Positions 16,061-26,242 of a DNA stretch of 64,000 nt are shown one piece after another. Under the pieces are notes generated by a model. That model was given only the letters and a program-made list of their open reading frames with translations, had not been told where the DNA came from and searched no databases. Within the stretch, counting starts at the first letter, position 1. Every line of letters starts with the position of its first letter. The DNA comes from a virus (taxonomy: Duplodnaviria > Heunggongvirae > Uroviricota > Caudoviricetes), in IMG/VR virus record IMGVR_UViG_2836824207_000004, positions 10,278-74,277 of that record; one strand, 5' to 3'. A program made the position numbers and the translations under genes.

Positions 16061-19000
16061 CTAAAAATAGCGTACCTTTATTATCAGCGATGGCATAGCC
16101 CCCGAAGGTCTTTCACCATTTGGTGATGTAAGTACTGGGGGTGCGCCATCGCTGTTACTTTCCGCATTATCTAATAACTTATGCGTATAACCGATTAGTT
16201 TACCTGTTACTTCAAGTTCCCCATTCTCTTTTTCGCCTGCTTTGGTTTGTAGCAATAACTTCATTCCGTCAATTTCAACCTGTTTTTGGTAAACGTGAAA
16301 GGCAATGAACTTATCTTTTCTCTCTTTGTAAGTCTCTTCTCTTCCTACAAATATGCCCTGTGAAAAAACCTCCGCTATTTTAGTTAAGGCTTTCGTTTCT
16401 AGCTCGCCTACCTGTGCGTTAAAAGAAAAATGTTCCACACTTTGATCACGGTTAAAATGGACAATTTTCCCATCACTGGTTTTAATGCGTTTACCTTGCA
16501 AATGTGCTTTTAAATAATCTTGAGCGATCGCATTTAACGTTTCACGATTGGCATTCTCAGGCAAGACTAACTCAGGCAAGGTTTCCCCAACAGCATTGCT
16601 TTGCTCTGACTCCACCGTTGTCTCTTGATCTTCTTTATTAGCATTAATTTCCAAAATATCCGTACCAGAGCTAAGAGTTATTTCTGGCAATGTCCCTTTC
16701 ACATAAGCTCGGAAATAATTTTCTACCCCCTCTTTTAATTCAGTCAAACTATCAAAAGTCATTTCTTTTGGTTCACCAGATGACCATTGAATATAGGCTC
16801 TATATTTTAGCGTTTCTAAATTTTGCGACACATAAAAGAAATAGGTTTTACTCCGCCCCTTTGTAGCAAAATATGTTCCACTAATATAGCCTTTTTCCTT
16901 ACGTAATGGGCGATAATGTTTTTCTTCTTGAATTAACTCCTCGGCCAGTTGGATCGCATCGGTAACACTTTTTGCGTTTTCATTAGCACCAGATACTTTA
17001 GCTTGTCCACCATTGTTTTCTTTGGCATCAGTAACATAGCCCTTTTGTGGCGAAACATTGACCCAATAGCTTTTTTTGCCATCACTGTACCAATTGGCAG
17101 TAATATGAATGTTGTAAGGCTCAGCAGTTTTATGCACAGAATAAGTACAAGATCTTCCCTCAACCGAAAATGGCTCTAGCGTATATCCTGCTTGTTTAAA
17201 TTGTTCGATTTCTTCATCACGCCCAGGTAAGAAAGGTCTATAGCCCTCGCCTTTATAGAGTAAAGAGGTGTGAAGTAAAACAGGTTCAGATTGAATGTTT
17301 TCTGGTTGAGCATTGCTGTTTTCAGGCTCTACTTCCTCATCTTCATCTTTCAATTCAACCCAATTGCCGTTTTCGTCTTTATACTCAACGAAAAGATTAA
17401 GCACATAGCCATCATCATCGACACCATCTAATGCTGGCTGGGATTGTGAGACACTTAAGGCTTCTTTGATTGAGGCAATATGTTCACGTTCAAGCTCTGC
17501 TTGGGCGATATTCCCCTCTTGCTCGTTAATTGGCAAATTATTTTCAAGGACGCTTAATGCTGCTTCAAGCTGATCTTGTGCAAGTTGTGTCGCGTCAATA
17601 ACCAATCCGTCATCAAGGGTTGCGGCATAGTTTAATGCAATCATTAAGTTAGCTTGTTGCGTATCATCAAGTAAAAGTGGATTGAGGCTATTTTTCACTT
17701 GCTTACCATTTAGAATGGCGGTATTATCAGGCTGTAGCTCAGATTGAGCTTGGATTAGGCGACTCTCACCGTATTTGCTCGGCAAGTTTGTCGCCTTTTC
17801 TACATCAATACCATCTAGAATAGCGATATTATCAAGCAGTAGCTCAGATGATTGAGCTTGGTAAAGGTTGGAAACAGAGGATTTGTTAGCCTCGTACGAT
17901 CCAACCTTTTTCATTTCTATGCTATCCATAATTGCATCGAAACCGTCTTTACTATTGCATTCTCCCTCTAAGTTTTCTATACTGTTTCCAGTTGCACTTT
18001 TTGCATTGAATGTCCCTGGAATTGTGTTCAGGAAGGGTTCTATGCTATCAAGTGCAACTTTATTTTTCTCAAGCGTTAAATCATAATGAAGTAATCCATT
18101 AGTGTCCTCTTCAATTACGACATTAATTTTTAATGGTCTATTATCAACCAAAACGTGATTTTCTAAATGAAAATATCTTAATACATTAGGCTTTTTATCG
18201 CTTTTAAAATTATCTTGGATATAGTCCTTGCTGCCTTTAGCCGTTTTGATAATCTCTTCAAGTTGTGCTAATGCTTTTAATTTTAGAGGGTTGGCTGAGT
18301 TTGCTAACGTTTTCTTAATACCTCGCTTGCGGATCTCAATATCTCTATCTAAAAATAGGTTTTTAACCCACTTTCCTTTTAAAGTTTCAGTTAAATGTTC
18401 TAACACTTTACTCCGTAATGCCTTTTTGCCCTCTTCCGTCTCAGTGTCAAACTCGCCAAATTCTTTGCCTGAAATCACTATAGGTTGATCTTCTTGTAAT
18501 TTATCCTCTGTTTTTTCTACTTGTACACTTCCCTCTTCCTCCTCAATCACATCGCCTTTTTCATCTAAAAGAATGATATTGATCATATATTCTTCTTGAG
18601 CTTCATCTAGAATAATGTTATTGTTTTCTCTAGCAAAAGCCGTTATGGTTGATTGATCTTTCTCTGGATAGGTATCAGAGCCGATATCAATATTATCCAT
18701 AATGGCTTTTGATTTTCTTGGTAAAATGAAGTCATAATGCAATAGCCCTTTTTCATCTTGCTCAATCAACACGTCAAAATTCACGTTTTCGCCAGCAATA
18801 TTTACGCTATTTGCAAAACGATAATAGCCTTTTACATTACGCTTTTTCCCCTTTTTCGTGTTTTCTTCCCAAGCTGCTATACCATTCTTAGGTTTTGCTG
18901 TTGCAATAACCTGTTCTATAACAGCCGCAATTTGCAATTTTTTAGGATTAGCAGACCACGCGATAAGCTCGTTAATTCCACGTTGTCTAATTTCAATATC

Positions 19001-20266
19001 TTGATCTAACGCTTTATTTCTAATCCATTTTCCTTTTAAGTTATTTTCTAAGTACTCACGCACTGCCATTCTAAACTTAGTCTTCCCCTCTTCGCTCTCC
19101 GTATCAAACTCGCCAAATTCTTTGCCTGAAATCGCTATAGGTTGTTCTTTATCTTCTTCCTTGTCACTTTCCACTTGACTTAAACGCAATGCTTTTAATG
19201 CCTTATCAACAGGTTCATTAATCATTTCTGCGATTGCCTCAGGGGTATCAGTTAATTCATCGGTGTAGCTAAGGTTTAATTCAGGAATTGAATAAGTTAC
19301 GCCGATCATATTTGTGCCTGATTTTGAATAATGATAGGTTTCGGTTAAAACGTACCCCTCTTTACTTAATTCTTTGTAACTCTCACCTTTCCACCCCTTA
19401 TCTCTCAACATATTGCGAACAGCAACCACTCGGGCTTGGTAAATATTATCTAACTCATCTTCGCGGTCTGATAAACGATCTAAGGCTTTTAATTCAGCGT
19501 AAAGCGAAGCGTTAAGTTCGCTATCCATTAAGCGTTCATCTTCAAGGAGCTGGTCCACCTCTTCTTGTGCCTTCAAATATTGAAGTTCATCAATTTTTTT
19601 CAATTTCTGAGCAAGAATTTTTTCCTTTTCCGCAACACGCGTACGCAACGCATTGACACGTTCAAGGCGTTCTTTGCGATTTTTATTTTGGCGAGCAAAG
19701 GCAGCAGAATTTTTAGCGGCAATTTTCATAATGCGTAATGCCACTTGACGCACATCAATATCCTTACCTTTTTCTGGGGCAACTACAATCGTAATATCTT
19801 TTTTGTTTAGCAACCATTTGAAAGAAATCACCTCATCTTGTGGGGTAATTTTTTTCGGGGTTGTATCGGGATTATGAAAATAGATAGAAACGGTTTGCCC
19901 ATCAGAGAGTTCAAATAAAGCGACTACATTTGCCGTGCCTAATCGCATAAACGGATCGGAGATTTGATAACCTACCACAGTAAGCGGTACTGTTTTCCCT
20001 TCACTATCTTTTACATCAACGCCTGATCGGGACATCACACGTTGCATAATATTCATTTTTGCTGTCAATTTGGCATATTGTGCAATAATTGCATCCATAA
20101 TCAGTGCATTACTTGGTTCTGTTCCATCAAGAACATCATCCATTGTGCAAGGCTCATACATCAGCCCTGCTTTCATATCATCGTTTCGTAATGCGTCAAA
20201 TAATTGCTCAACAGTGGTATTTACTGGGTTTTGTTGGTTATCCCAAAAAGTCAGATTAAGTGCCAT
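16061..20266 (-). CDS. very large (1401 aa) multi-module protein with internal ~170-aa repeats; polyvalent/Dar-like virion protein candidate
   Basis: Repeat pair PIAISGKEFGEFDTESEEGK...LLHYDFILPRK / PIVISGKEFGEFDTETEEGK...LLHYDLTLEKN. Coiled-coil segment. C-terminal module paralogous to 15093-16028. Confidence 0.7.
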   Translation of the reverse strand: MALNLTFWDNQQNPVNTTVEQLFDALRNDDMKAGLMYEPCTMDDVLDGTEPSNALIMDAIIAQYAKLTAKMNIMQRVMSRSGVDVKDSEGKTVPLTVVGYQISDPFMRLGTANVVALFELSDGQTVSIYFHNPDTTPKKITPQDEVISFKWLLNKKDITIVVAPEKGKDIDVRQVALRIMKIAAKNSAAFARQNKNRKERLERVNALRTRVAEKEKILAQKLKKIDELQYLKAQEEVDQLLEDERLMDSELNASLYAELKALDRLSDREDELDNIYQARVVAVRNMLRDKGWKGESYKELSKEGYVLTETYHYSKSGTNMIGVTYSIPELNLSYTDELTDTPEAIAEMINEPVDKALKALRLSQVESDKEEDKEQPIAISGKEFGEFDTESEEGKTKFRMAVREYLENNLKGKWIRNKALDQDIEIRQRGINELIAWSANPKKLQIAAVIEQVIATAKPKNGIAAWEENTKKGKKRNVKGYYRFANSVNIAGENVNFDVLIEQDEKGLLHYDFILPRKSKAIMDNIDIGSDTYPEKDQSTITAFARENNNIILDEAQEEYMINIILLDEKGDVIEEEEGSVQVEKTEDKLQEDQPIVISGKEFGEFDTETEEGKKALRSKVLEHLTETLKGKWVKNLFLDRDIEIRKRGIKKTLANSANPLKLKALAQLEEIIKTAKGSKDYIQDNFKSDKKPNVLRYFHLENHVLVDNRPLKINVVIEEDTNGLLHYDLTLEKNKVALDSIEPFLNTIPGTFNAKSATGNSIENLEGECNSKDGFDAIMDSIEMKKVGSYEANKSSVSNLYQAQSSELLLDNIAILDGIDVEKATNLPSKYGESRLIQAQSELQPDNTAILNGKQVKNSLNPLLLDDTQQANLMIALNYAATLDDGLVIDATQLAQDQLEAALSVLENNLPINEQEGNIAQAELEREHIASIKEALSVSQSQPALDGVDDDGYVLNLFVEYKDENGNWVELKDEDEEVEPENSNAQPENIQSEPVLLHTSLLYKGEGYRPFLPGRDEEIEQFKQAGYTLEPFSVEGRSCTYSVHKTAEPYNIHITANWYSDGKKSYWVNVSPQKGYVTDAKENNGGQAKVSGANENAKSVTDAIQLAEELIQEEKHYRPLRKEKGYISGTYFATKGRSKTYFFYVSQNLETLKYRAYIQWSSGEPKEMTFDSLTELKEGVENYFRAYVKGTLPEITLSSGTDILEINANKEDQETTVESEQSNAVGETLPELVLPENANRETLNAIAQDYLKAHLQGKRIKTSDGKIVHFNRDQSVEHFSFNAQVGELETKALTKIAEVFSQGIFVGREETYKERKDKFIAFHVYQKQVEIDGMKLLLQTKAGEKENGELEVTGKLIGYTHKLLDNAESNSDGAPPVLTSPNGERPSGAMPSLIIKVRYF

Positions 20267-20333
20267 ATCAAATTATCCTTTTGTGAAAATAATAGGCACA
20301 GCATACGCACTTACTTTAAAGCGATGATTGCAA

Positions 20334-20350
20334 TTTTCCTATTAGGAAAA
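20334..20350. promoter_or_regulatory. TTTTCCTATTAGGAAAA motif copy 3
   Basis: Exact 17-mer between divergent starts 20266 (-) and 20417 (+). Confidence 0.5.
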
Positions 20351-20416
20351 ATACCGCACTTTTTCTCACTGTATTTTTCATAATACGGGTATATATCTCA
20401 ATAAAAAGGAAATGCA

Positions 20417-21283
20417 ATGACAAAGATGGTAACACCGATCATTCGGTACAACTTAAAAGAACGTATGCGTCGTTTTAACGGTACGGTAAGAAATTTTAAT
20501 ATTCCCAAATTGGTTGAAAATATTAACTCCCCCGCAATGCAAGAGCGGGTAAAACTTGGGGATTTACACGGTTATTATGGACATTGGCCACGTACAAAAT
20601 TTGGGGCTGAGCCGAAAGAAGGCGGGGTAATTGATGGCAAGGTCATCAATCTTGAACCTTGCTTTCGTACGGTTTATTTAAAAGCCTATGAAGATGGCAC
20701 AATTGAACATCAAGCAGAATTTTTTGATAATGATCCGGGTCGTAAAGCCTATGCTCAATCACAAGAAAAGAGCGGTGGTTTTTCGAGTGTTATTTTAGGT
20801 CGTGATCATTCTTTTCACGGTTTTGATTATGTCTTATTCCCGAATTATTCAGCGAATCGCCCTTATTCTGTAATGCTTGACTCGGCAGACGAAAATGTTG
20901 AGCAAGTCGTGCTTGTTCTTGATGAAATAGAAACCAGCACGGGGATCGCTCCAGAGTTACAAGCAGACTATATAGACTATCTACTAGACAGTATAGACCA
21001 ACTCAAAAAGGATAAGCTGCAGCTACTTACTGAGAATAAACAGCTTGCTGATACTCTTGCAGAAACGCTTAATCATAATGATTTACTCACTGATGACGTG
21101 CTTTTTTTGCAACAGAAATTAGTTCGACAAAAAGAAAACGAAAAATTTAATCCGATCGACCTTGATGACGCAATTTCTCAAGCTAACCACTTTAAAACGG
21201 CTAAAATTGAAACGGTTGAAACCGAAGAACCCAAAGCGATCACCGAATCAATGAAGCGGTTTAATCAAGTTTGGGGATTTTAA
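20417..21283 (+). CDS. hypothetical protein (288 aa) with C-terminal coiled coil
   Basis: Track ORF. Motif copy 3 lies upstream. Confidence 0.5.
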   Translation: MTKMVTPIIRYNLKERMRRFNGTVRNFNIPKLVENINSPAMQERVKLGDLHGYYGHWPRTKFGAEPKEGGVIDGKVINLEPCFRTVYLKAYEDGTIEHQAEFFDNDPGRKAYAQSQEKSGGFSSVILGRDHSFHGFDYVLFPNYSANRPYSVMLDSADENVEQVVLVLDEIETSTGIAPELQADYIDYLLDSIDQLKKDKLQLLTENKQLADTLAETLNHNDLLTDDVLFLQQKLVRQKENEKFNPIDLDDAISQANHFKTAKIETVETEEPKAITESMKRFNQVWGF

Positions 21284-21285
21284 CA

Positions 21286-22023
21286 ATGGCAACGCGTGCA
21301 ATTAAAGAAGCTGCGGCCCATTTTATGCAACGGTTTTTTCAGCAACTTGTCGCCAATGGTAATCAAGCCATTGCCCACTTTATCACCCGCCCTGATAATA
21401 AAAAAATGGCAATTGTACCGGGCCGCCTTGTTGATCAAGTAGAAGAAGCATTAAACAAATGGCGAGAAAAAGCCGCAAATGGAACACGCAGCCCGCTACC
21501 GATCTTTTTAATGGGCTTCGCTAAGGATTATAGCTCCACGGGCTTAGAAAAAGGGCGTAGTGTGGCACTGCCAAAATACACTGTATGCGATGATCAAGGT
21601 AACTTTTTTTATCTTCGTTTAGATAAACACGATCAGCGTGTTCAAATCGTCCTTTTTGCTCCCGATCACGAAACCGCCTTTTCACTTGCTAGCCAGTTTA
21701 AATTGTATTGTGGCGATTATGGCAATCGGCATTTATTCTCTATCAACCATTACAATGACTTGAACTACGGCTTTCCAATGCAATTAGAAGATAGCCAGAT
21801 CTTTGGGGCTTCTCAACAAATTGCAGATCAAGATAATTTGACCGTTTTAGTTTTTGATCTCACCTTTAATTGCAATACTCCTTACTTTTTAGGCGATAAG
21901 GTTAATCGCACCCCTTATCTACCAACAGTTCAAGCAGTAGTATTGCAAGAACAGCAAATTAAAACTCGACAAATGTTTTTTCATAATTTAGAAGGTACAT
22001 CTATTTCGGAGTTATTAGACTAA
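21286..22023 (+). CDS. hypothetical protein (~246 aa)
   Basis: ATG at 21286 follows the stop of the upstream gene. Confidence 0.5.
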   Translation: MATRAIKEAAAHFMQRFFQQLVANGNQAIAHFITRPDNKKMAIVPGRLVDQVEEALNKWREKAANGTRSPLPIFLMGFAKDYSSTGLEKGRSVALPKYTVCDDQGNFFYLRLDKHDQRVQIVLFAPDHETAFSLASQFKLYCGDYGNRHLFSINHYNDLNYGFPMQLEDSQIFGASQQIADQDNLTVLVFDLTFNCNTPYFLGDKVNRTPYLPTVQAVVLQEQQIKTRQMFFHNLEGTSISELLD

Positions 22024-22490
22024 TGTTATTACAAGCAAACATCGGGGGATTTCAGGGGCGACCTGCAACGGTTCTCGCTGTACTAGATGAAAATGAACAG
22101 CGTCTCTATATCGATCGTGCTATTGCACTGAGAGAAGAACGAGCAAAAAACGAACTCGGTGAAATGGCAGGCTTAATCACCAATCAACCTCAGAAAGATT
22201 TTGATTATTCGTTTTCTGAAAAAGACTTCCGCCAAGCCTTTCAGGATTTTCGTTTCTATCACAATAGTAGTCGGCTTACCTTTGGACAGTTAGCCAAACA
22301 AGCCATTCCCGCTGTAGAAATTGACAAAATTACAGAAAATGGCACAAATTTTGCCATTTATGGCGAGATAACCAATGAACAATTTGCCGTAATCGCATTA
22401 TGTTTCTTCGCCCAAAAAACGACGCAGATGCAAGATTCATTGAATGCCTTTGAGCATTACTCAGATTTCAATGAATGGATTACCATTTAA
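22023..22490 (+). CDS. hypothetical protein (155 aa)
   Basis: Track ORF with an ATGA-type overlap. Confidence 0.5.
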   Translation: MLLQANIGGFQGRPATVLAVLDENEQRLYIDRAIALREERAKNELGEMAGLITNQPQKDFDYSFSEKDFRQAFQDFRFYHNSSRLTFGQLAKQAIPAVEIDKITENGTNFAIYGEITNEQFAVIALCFFAQKTTQMQDSLNAFEHYSDFNEWITI

Positions 22491-22499
22491 GGAGGAGCG

Positions 22500-22982
22500 A
22501 TGGCACAAACTCAAGTTCATCAACAGCTACACAATATAGCAAGACAGGTTACACTTAATCACCCCAATGCGTTCGATGCAACCTGCTTTCAAAAAATCTA
22601 TTTATCTGCCAATGGAAAAAATCAAATTGGGGCGTTTGATGTTCTAGGCGGAGAAGATGTATCAGAAATTGATTTTAAACATCTTGGTATGGCAAAAGTC
22701 TTATTTGTCGAGCCGTGGCAAGCCTCAAAAATTCTTGCTGACGGTGAAAATGCGAATGATACCCGCATTAAAATAATGGCAATGATTGAACCAGATATTG
22801 AGGGAGAATTTACCCTTGATAAAGGGGATATTTTTTATATCCAAATAGATCAATCGCTAGGGCTTGCCTATGAAGTTGTTGGCATTGAATTACCTATTGG
22901 GCTTCCTACTGCAATGAATGCGAAACGCTATCTACTGAATAAACGTGATGATTTGGATTACATTGAAGACTTGCCAAAATGA
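22500..22982 (+). CDS. hypothetical protein (160 aa)
   Basis: GGAGG RBS upstream. Confidence 0.5.
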   Translation: MAQTQVHQQLHNIARQVTLNHPNAFDATCFQKIYLSANGKNQIGAFDVLGGEDVSEIDFKHLGMAKVLFVEPWQASKILADGENANDTRIKIMAMIEPDIEGEFTLDKGDIFYIQIDQSLGLAYEVVGIELPIGLPTAMNAKRYLLNKRDDLDYIEDLPK

Positions 22983-22985
22983 TTA

Positions 22986-23020
22986 AAAAGTGCGGTCATT
23001 TTCTACCGCACTTTTTTCTT
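22986..23020. terminator. bidirectional terminator (inverted USS pair)
   Basis: aaagtgcggt-cattttct-accgcacttttt between convergent operons. Confidence 0.6.
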
Positions 23021-23453
23021 AGCTAAATTGTTGCTCAAATTCTATATCATAAAGCGAATAGAAACTCCCATCTTCCCAGATCGCAAAATCACGATTTCCT
23101 TGAAAATAATTCGCATTATAGTAGTCTTTAAATTCCCAAGCTGCCATTAATGTTGCTAATTCATCAATCTGTAATGTAGCGGGATTTTTGACCGTATAAG
23201 CATCACGCAATAGAATTTCTGTTTCCCCCTCATAGCCAACAAATCCTTTAGCGTGCATAATCGCTTTTACTGACCACCAATAAGGCCCAAATTTAAGGTA
23301 ATTCAGCGGCAATTTCTTGATAAAACGATCGGTGATAGCATAAATTTCTTTATGATAATCGAGATTGGGAGAATGCTGTAAAAAATGGTGTTTGGCATCA
23401 TTAAATAAATCAATTAAATACTCATATTCAAGAAAAAATTCTGTCGCTTTCAT
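23019..23453 (-). CDS. hypothetical protein (144 aa)
   Basis: Track ORF downstream of the 544-aa gene. Confidence 0.45.
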   Translation of the reverse strand: MKATEFFLEYEYLIDLFNDAKHHFLQHSPNLDYHKEIYAITDRFIKKLPLNYLKFGPYWWSVKAIMHAKGFVGYEGETEILLRDAYTVKNPATLQIDELATLMAAWEFKDYYNANYFQGNRDFAIWEDGSFYSLYDIEFEQQFS

Positions 23454-23462
23454 AAGGTGTCC

Positions 23463-25097
23463 TTAATAATCGTTCTGTTGAGATTGTGAAGATATGATAG
23501 CTTTTGCATAAAGCTCCGCTTCATCTTGATCTAACAACATCTGTTTTGTCATAAATAGCACCATCTCTTTTTCACTAAATCCGAGATTTTTTGTTTGCTC
23601 TAGGGTCTGAGAGATCAGCCCCGCACTGCCTATCGCATTAGCTCGCGTTTGCTGGCGTTCTGATTCAAAGGCTGAAATTGAGCCATAGTAATTAATTTGG
23701 AATGGACGATTTGTGTTATTCCAGCATTTACCGTATTTATATAGCATATGTTTATCAATCAAATCGATAAAAAAATCAGCCATCGCAGCTCGAATAACTC
23801 GGCTAGACTCTGCAATTTGTGCCGACATTCTGAAAAATCCGCCATCACCTAATCCGCCAGACAACTGATCAGCAAAACCTAGCATAGACAAATCAATTCC
23901 TAATGTTCCCGCCAATAAACGTGCGTGAAGCATAATATCCTCTATTGAGACTGAGCCTTGACGACGAGAGCCCATTCCTTCGCCCTGTGTAACGACTTGC
24001 TTCTCTTCGTGGGTAAATAATACGTGGCGAATGCGGCCATATTGTGGCTCACCTTGCATTGCTTTATCTGCAAGGAGTTTAGATTTAAGCAGCGTTTGCT
24101 TAACATTTTGTGCAAGTTTTATTTGCTGTTCTCGTGTACCCCCGCTCATATTCACCATAATAAAACTTTCATCAATGGCATCGACTAAACGCTGTCCGAC
24201 AAGGGAAGCAAGAGAAATATAGAAATCGGTAAAAGGTTTTTCCGCAGTGAATAATAACGATCCGCCAATCATAGCGGGAACTATCGGCAATCGGTCAGGG
24301 TTATCTTCAGCAATATTATATTTATAGGATTTTGACAACATTCCCGCCTGCGGAACAGTAACAAATCTCGCCATTGCCATTCTAGCTATTTGTAAAGTCG
24401 TTAGTCTGGTCAAATGATGTCGTGTTGATCCCGCTAAAAATCCTACGGTTCGCCCGCCTTGTTCATAAGGCAAAATCAACGTAGGGTGAACCATTTCATC
24501 AGTTACTAACCCGACAAGCCCTTTGCCTTTCTCATAATAGGTTCTTGCATAACCATCACCAAAAGCCAACGCGTTGTAGGCAACAGAAAAGGCGTGCTTG
24601 TTAAACATTTCAGATAAATCAGAACGCACCTCCTCCAAAACTTTTTTATCCACTTCTGAAGCATTTGCGGCATCTTCAATAAAAACAACATCACCACTGG
24701 TTTCGTGTCCGCCCAATGCAGCTGTAACGTGCGTTTTAAGTGCTATCGAAATAACGGGATCTTTTTCCATTAATCGCCATTGCTGGTAAATTGCCGAACG
24801 AGAACGAGGCGGAGCATTACTTGTTCCCATCAATCCTGCAATAGTTAATCCACTTAAATCATCACCATAAGGCAACTCATAGGTTGAAGCCCATTGCTGA
24901 CTTTGACTAATCTCTTTTTCTTCAGGAAAAAGTAAACGATGTCTATCATCATCTAATAAGCGAGAGATTGAATTCGGTTTCGCGACAAGTGCGGTACTCT
25001 TTTCCGCTTGTTTTTCACCCAATCCAAACATACTTTTAAAAAAAGGCTTTTTTTTCAAAGGAAGTTCCATTCTCTTATGCCGTTCAAAATTTTTCAT
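23463..25097 (-). CDS. large structural-type protein (544 aa); portal-like is a guess
   Basis: Size and late-operon position only. No Walker motifs, so not a terminase. No motif match remembered. Confidence 0.3.
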   Translation of the reverse strand: MKNFERHKRMELPLKKKPFFKSMFGLGEKQAEKSTALVAKPNSISRLLDDDRHRLLFPEEKEISQSQQWASTYELPYGDDLSGLTIAGLMGTSNAPPRSRSAIYQQWRLMEKDPVISIALKTHVTAALGGHETSGDVVFIEDAANASEVDKKVLEEVRSDLSEMFNKHAFSVAYNALAFGDGYARTYYEKGKGLVGLVTDEMVHPTLILPYEQGGRTVGFLAGSTRHHLTRLTTLQIARMAMARFVTVPQAGMLSKSYKYNIAEDNPDRLPIVPAMIGGSLLFTAEKPFTDFYISLASLVGQRLVDAIDESFIMVNMSGGTREQQIKLAQNVKQTLLKSKLLADKAMQGEPQYGRIRHVLFTHEEKQVVTQGEGMGSRRQGSVSIEDIMLHARLLAGTLGIDLSMLGFADQLSGGLGDGGFFRMSAQIAESSRVIRAAMADFFIDLIDKHMLYKYGKCWNNTNRPFQINYYGSISAFESERQQTRANAIGSAGLISQTLEQTKNLGFSEKEMVLFMTKQMLLDQDEAELYAKAIISSQSQQNDY

Positions 25098-25137
25098 AAT
25101 GACATTTTGGAAGAAGTTAAGCTTAAATTTGTGGCAA

Positions 25138-25154
25138 TTTTCCTAATAGGAAAA
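25138..25154. promoter_or_regulatory. motif copy 4, inverse orientation TTTTCCTAATAGGAAAA
   Basis: Lies 41 bp upstream of the minus-strand start at 25097. Orientation follows the single downstream gene. Confidence 0.5.
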
Positions 25155-25213
25155 AATTTCAATGAAAAAGTAAAATAATAAACGGCAATATCACTTATCG
25201 CCGTTTATTTAAC

Positions 25214-25684
25214 TTATTTCGCTTGAAGTTCGTTTAAGGTTTTGTCTGCATTTGCAATTAACTCATCTAACTCTTGTTCTCGCTGAGTTAATGTTGCTTC
25301 CTCACTGGTAATCGTTGATTTAATTTTAGGCGGCAAAGCAACTTTTGTTCTCGCTAATTTTTTCTGGAAATCTAAACGTCCTTTATCCAATTTAGCGATA
25401 ATTTCTTGTATTGCTTGATCAATATTTTGTTGGTTCTTAATAGGCATTTCTTTGCCATTGATTTTCACCTTAAAAATATCGCCTGTTTGTTTAATTTGAA
25501 AAATGACTTGCTGTGAATCAGCGAACCCTAACGCCAATTCTTTATAAGAAATCCCACTTGTACGTTTAATCGCTGACAACTCACTTGAAGCTACTTCAAT
25601 TCCCGCTTTGGTGAAATACTTAATCACCTCTTTCGTGCTTTTGTCATCTTTACCATTCATTTTTTCGAAATCAAAAACAATCAC
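25214..25684 (-). CDS. hypothetical protein (156 aa)
   Basis: Track ORF at the end of the lysis operon, with a terminator hairpin downstream. Confidence 0.45.
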   Translation of the reverse strand: MIVFDFEKMNGKDDKSTKEVIKYFTKAGIEVASSELSAIKRTSGISYKELALGFADSQQVIFQIKQTGDIFKVKINGKEMPIKNQQNIDQAIQEIIAKLDKGRLDFQKKLARTKVALPPKIKSTITSEEATLTQREQELDELIANADKTLNELQAK

Positions 25685-25965
25685 TTTTTATCTCCTTCAA
25701 TTTGTTTTCCCCACTCAATTATCCCGTTTAGACGGCTTGCACAAATCTCACGTTCTTTCTGCACCACTCGCAAATAAATAATCGCCTCACCATAGGTTGA
25801 ACCACTGAATGCCGTTTGCGGGCAAGGGATTAAATAAATGCTCGGCGGCAGGCGATATTCCGTTTCAGTTTTTGTGCTGCAACCGCTTAATAACATCATC
25901 AGGCAAAGGCTCGCGACTACAATCTTGCCCTTTAATCCTTTTATAAATAACGCGAATATCTTCAT
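25681..25965 (-). CDS. Rz1-like o-spanin lipoprotein (overlapped architecture)
   Basis: Signal peptide plus lipobox MKIFALF...LCLMMLLSGC. The start is embedded in the Rz reading frame. Confidence 0.5.
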   Translation of the reverse strand: MKIFALFIKGLKGKIVVASLCLMMLLSGCSTKTETEYRLPPSIYLIPCPQTAFSGSTYGEAIIYLRVVQKEREICASRLNGIIEWGKQIEGDKK

Positions 25966-26242
25966 CGGCTTTTTCTCGCTGCACTTGTTCAAGTGCGGTC
26001 TGTTTTTGTGTCGTTTTTCGTTCATCTTCGAGCTGTTTTGTCTTTTCCGCTAGGTGATGATTAAGTTGCTGTATGGTTTGGGCTTGCATTTGATTTTTGG
26101 CACTTAAGCTACTTATCCTCTGCGACTGATACCAAACCCAACCACACAAGCCCAAAATCACGCATAACCACAACAGCGAGGAATATTTACGGATAAACGG
26201 CACGATGTAATTCAAAATGCGGGCCATCATAAAAACGTTCAT
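25865..26242 (-). CDS. Rz-like i-spanin
   Basis: N-terminal TM segment LLWLCVILGLCGWVWY followed by a charged coiled coil. Sits downstream of the endolysin. Confidence 0.6.
   Translation of the reverse strand: MNVFMMARILNYIVPFIRKYSSLLWLCVILGLCGWVWYQSQRISSLSAKNQMQAQTIQQLNHHLAEKTKQLEDERKTTQKQTALEQVQREKADEDIRVIYKRIKGQDCSREPLPDDVIKRLQHKN

Noticed and set aside
23463-25097. Calling the 544-aa protein a large terminase
   Set aside because: No Walker A/B ATPase motifs are visible. Portal-like is itself only a size and position guess, so confidence is kept low.
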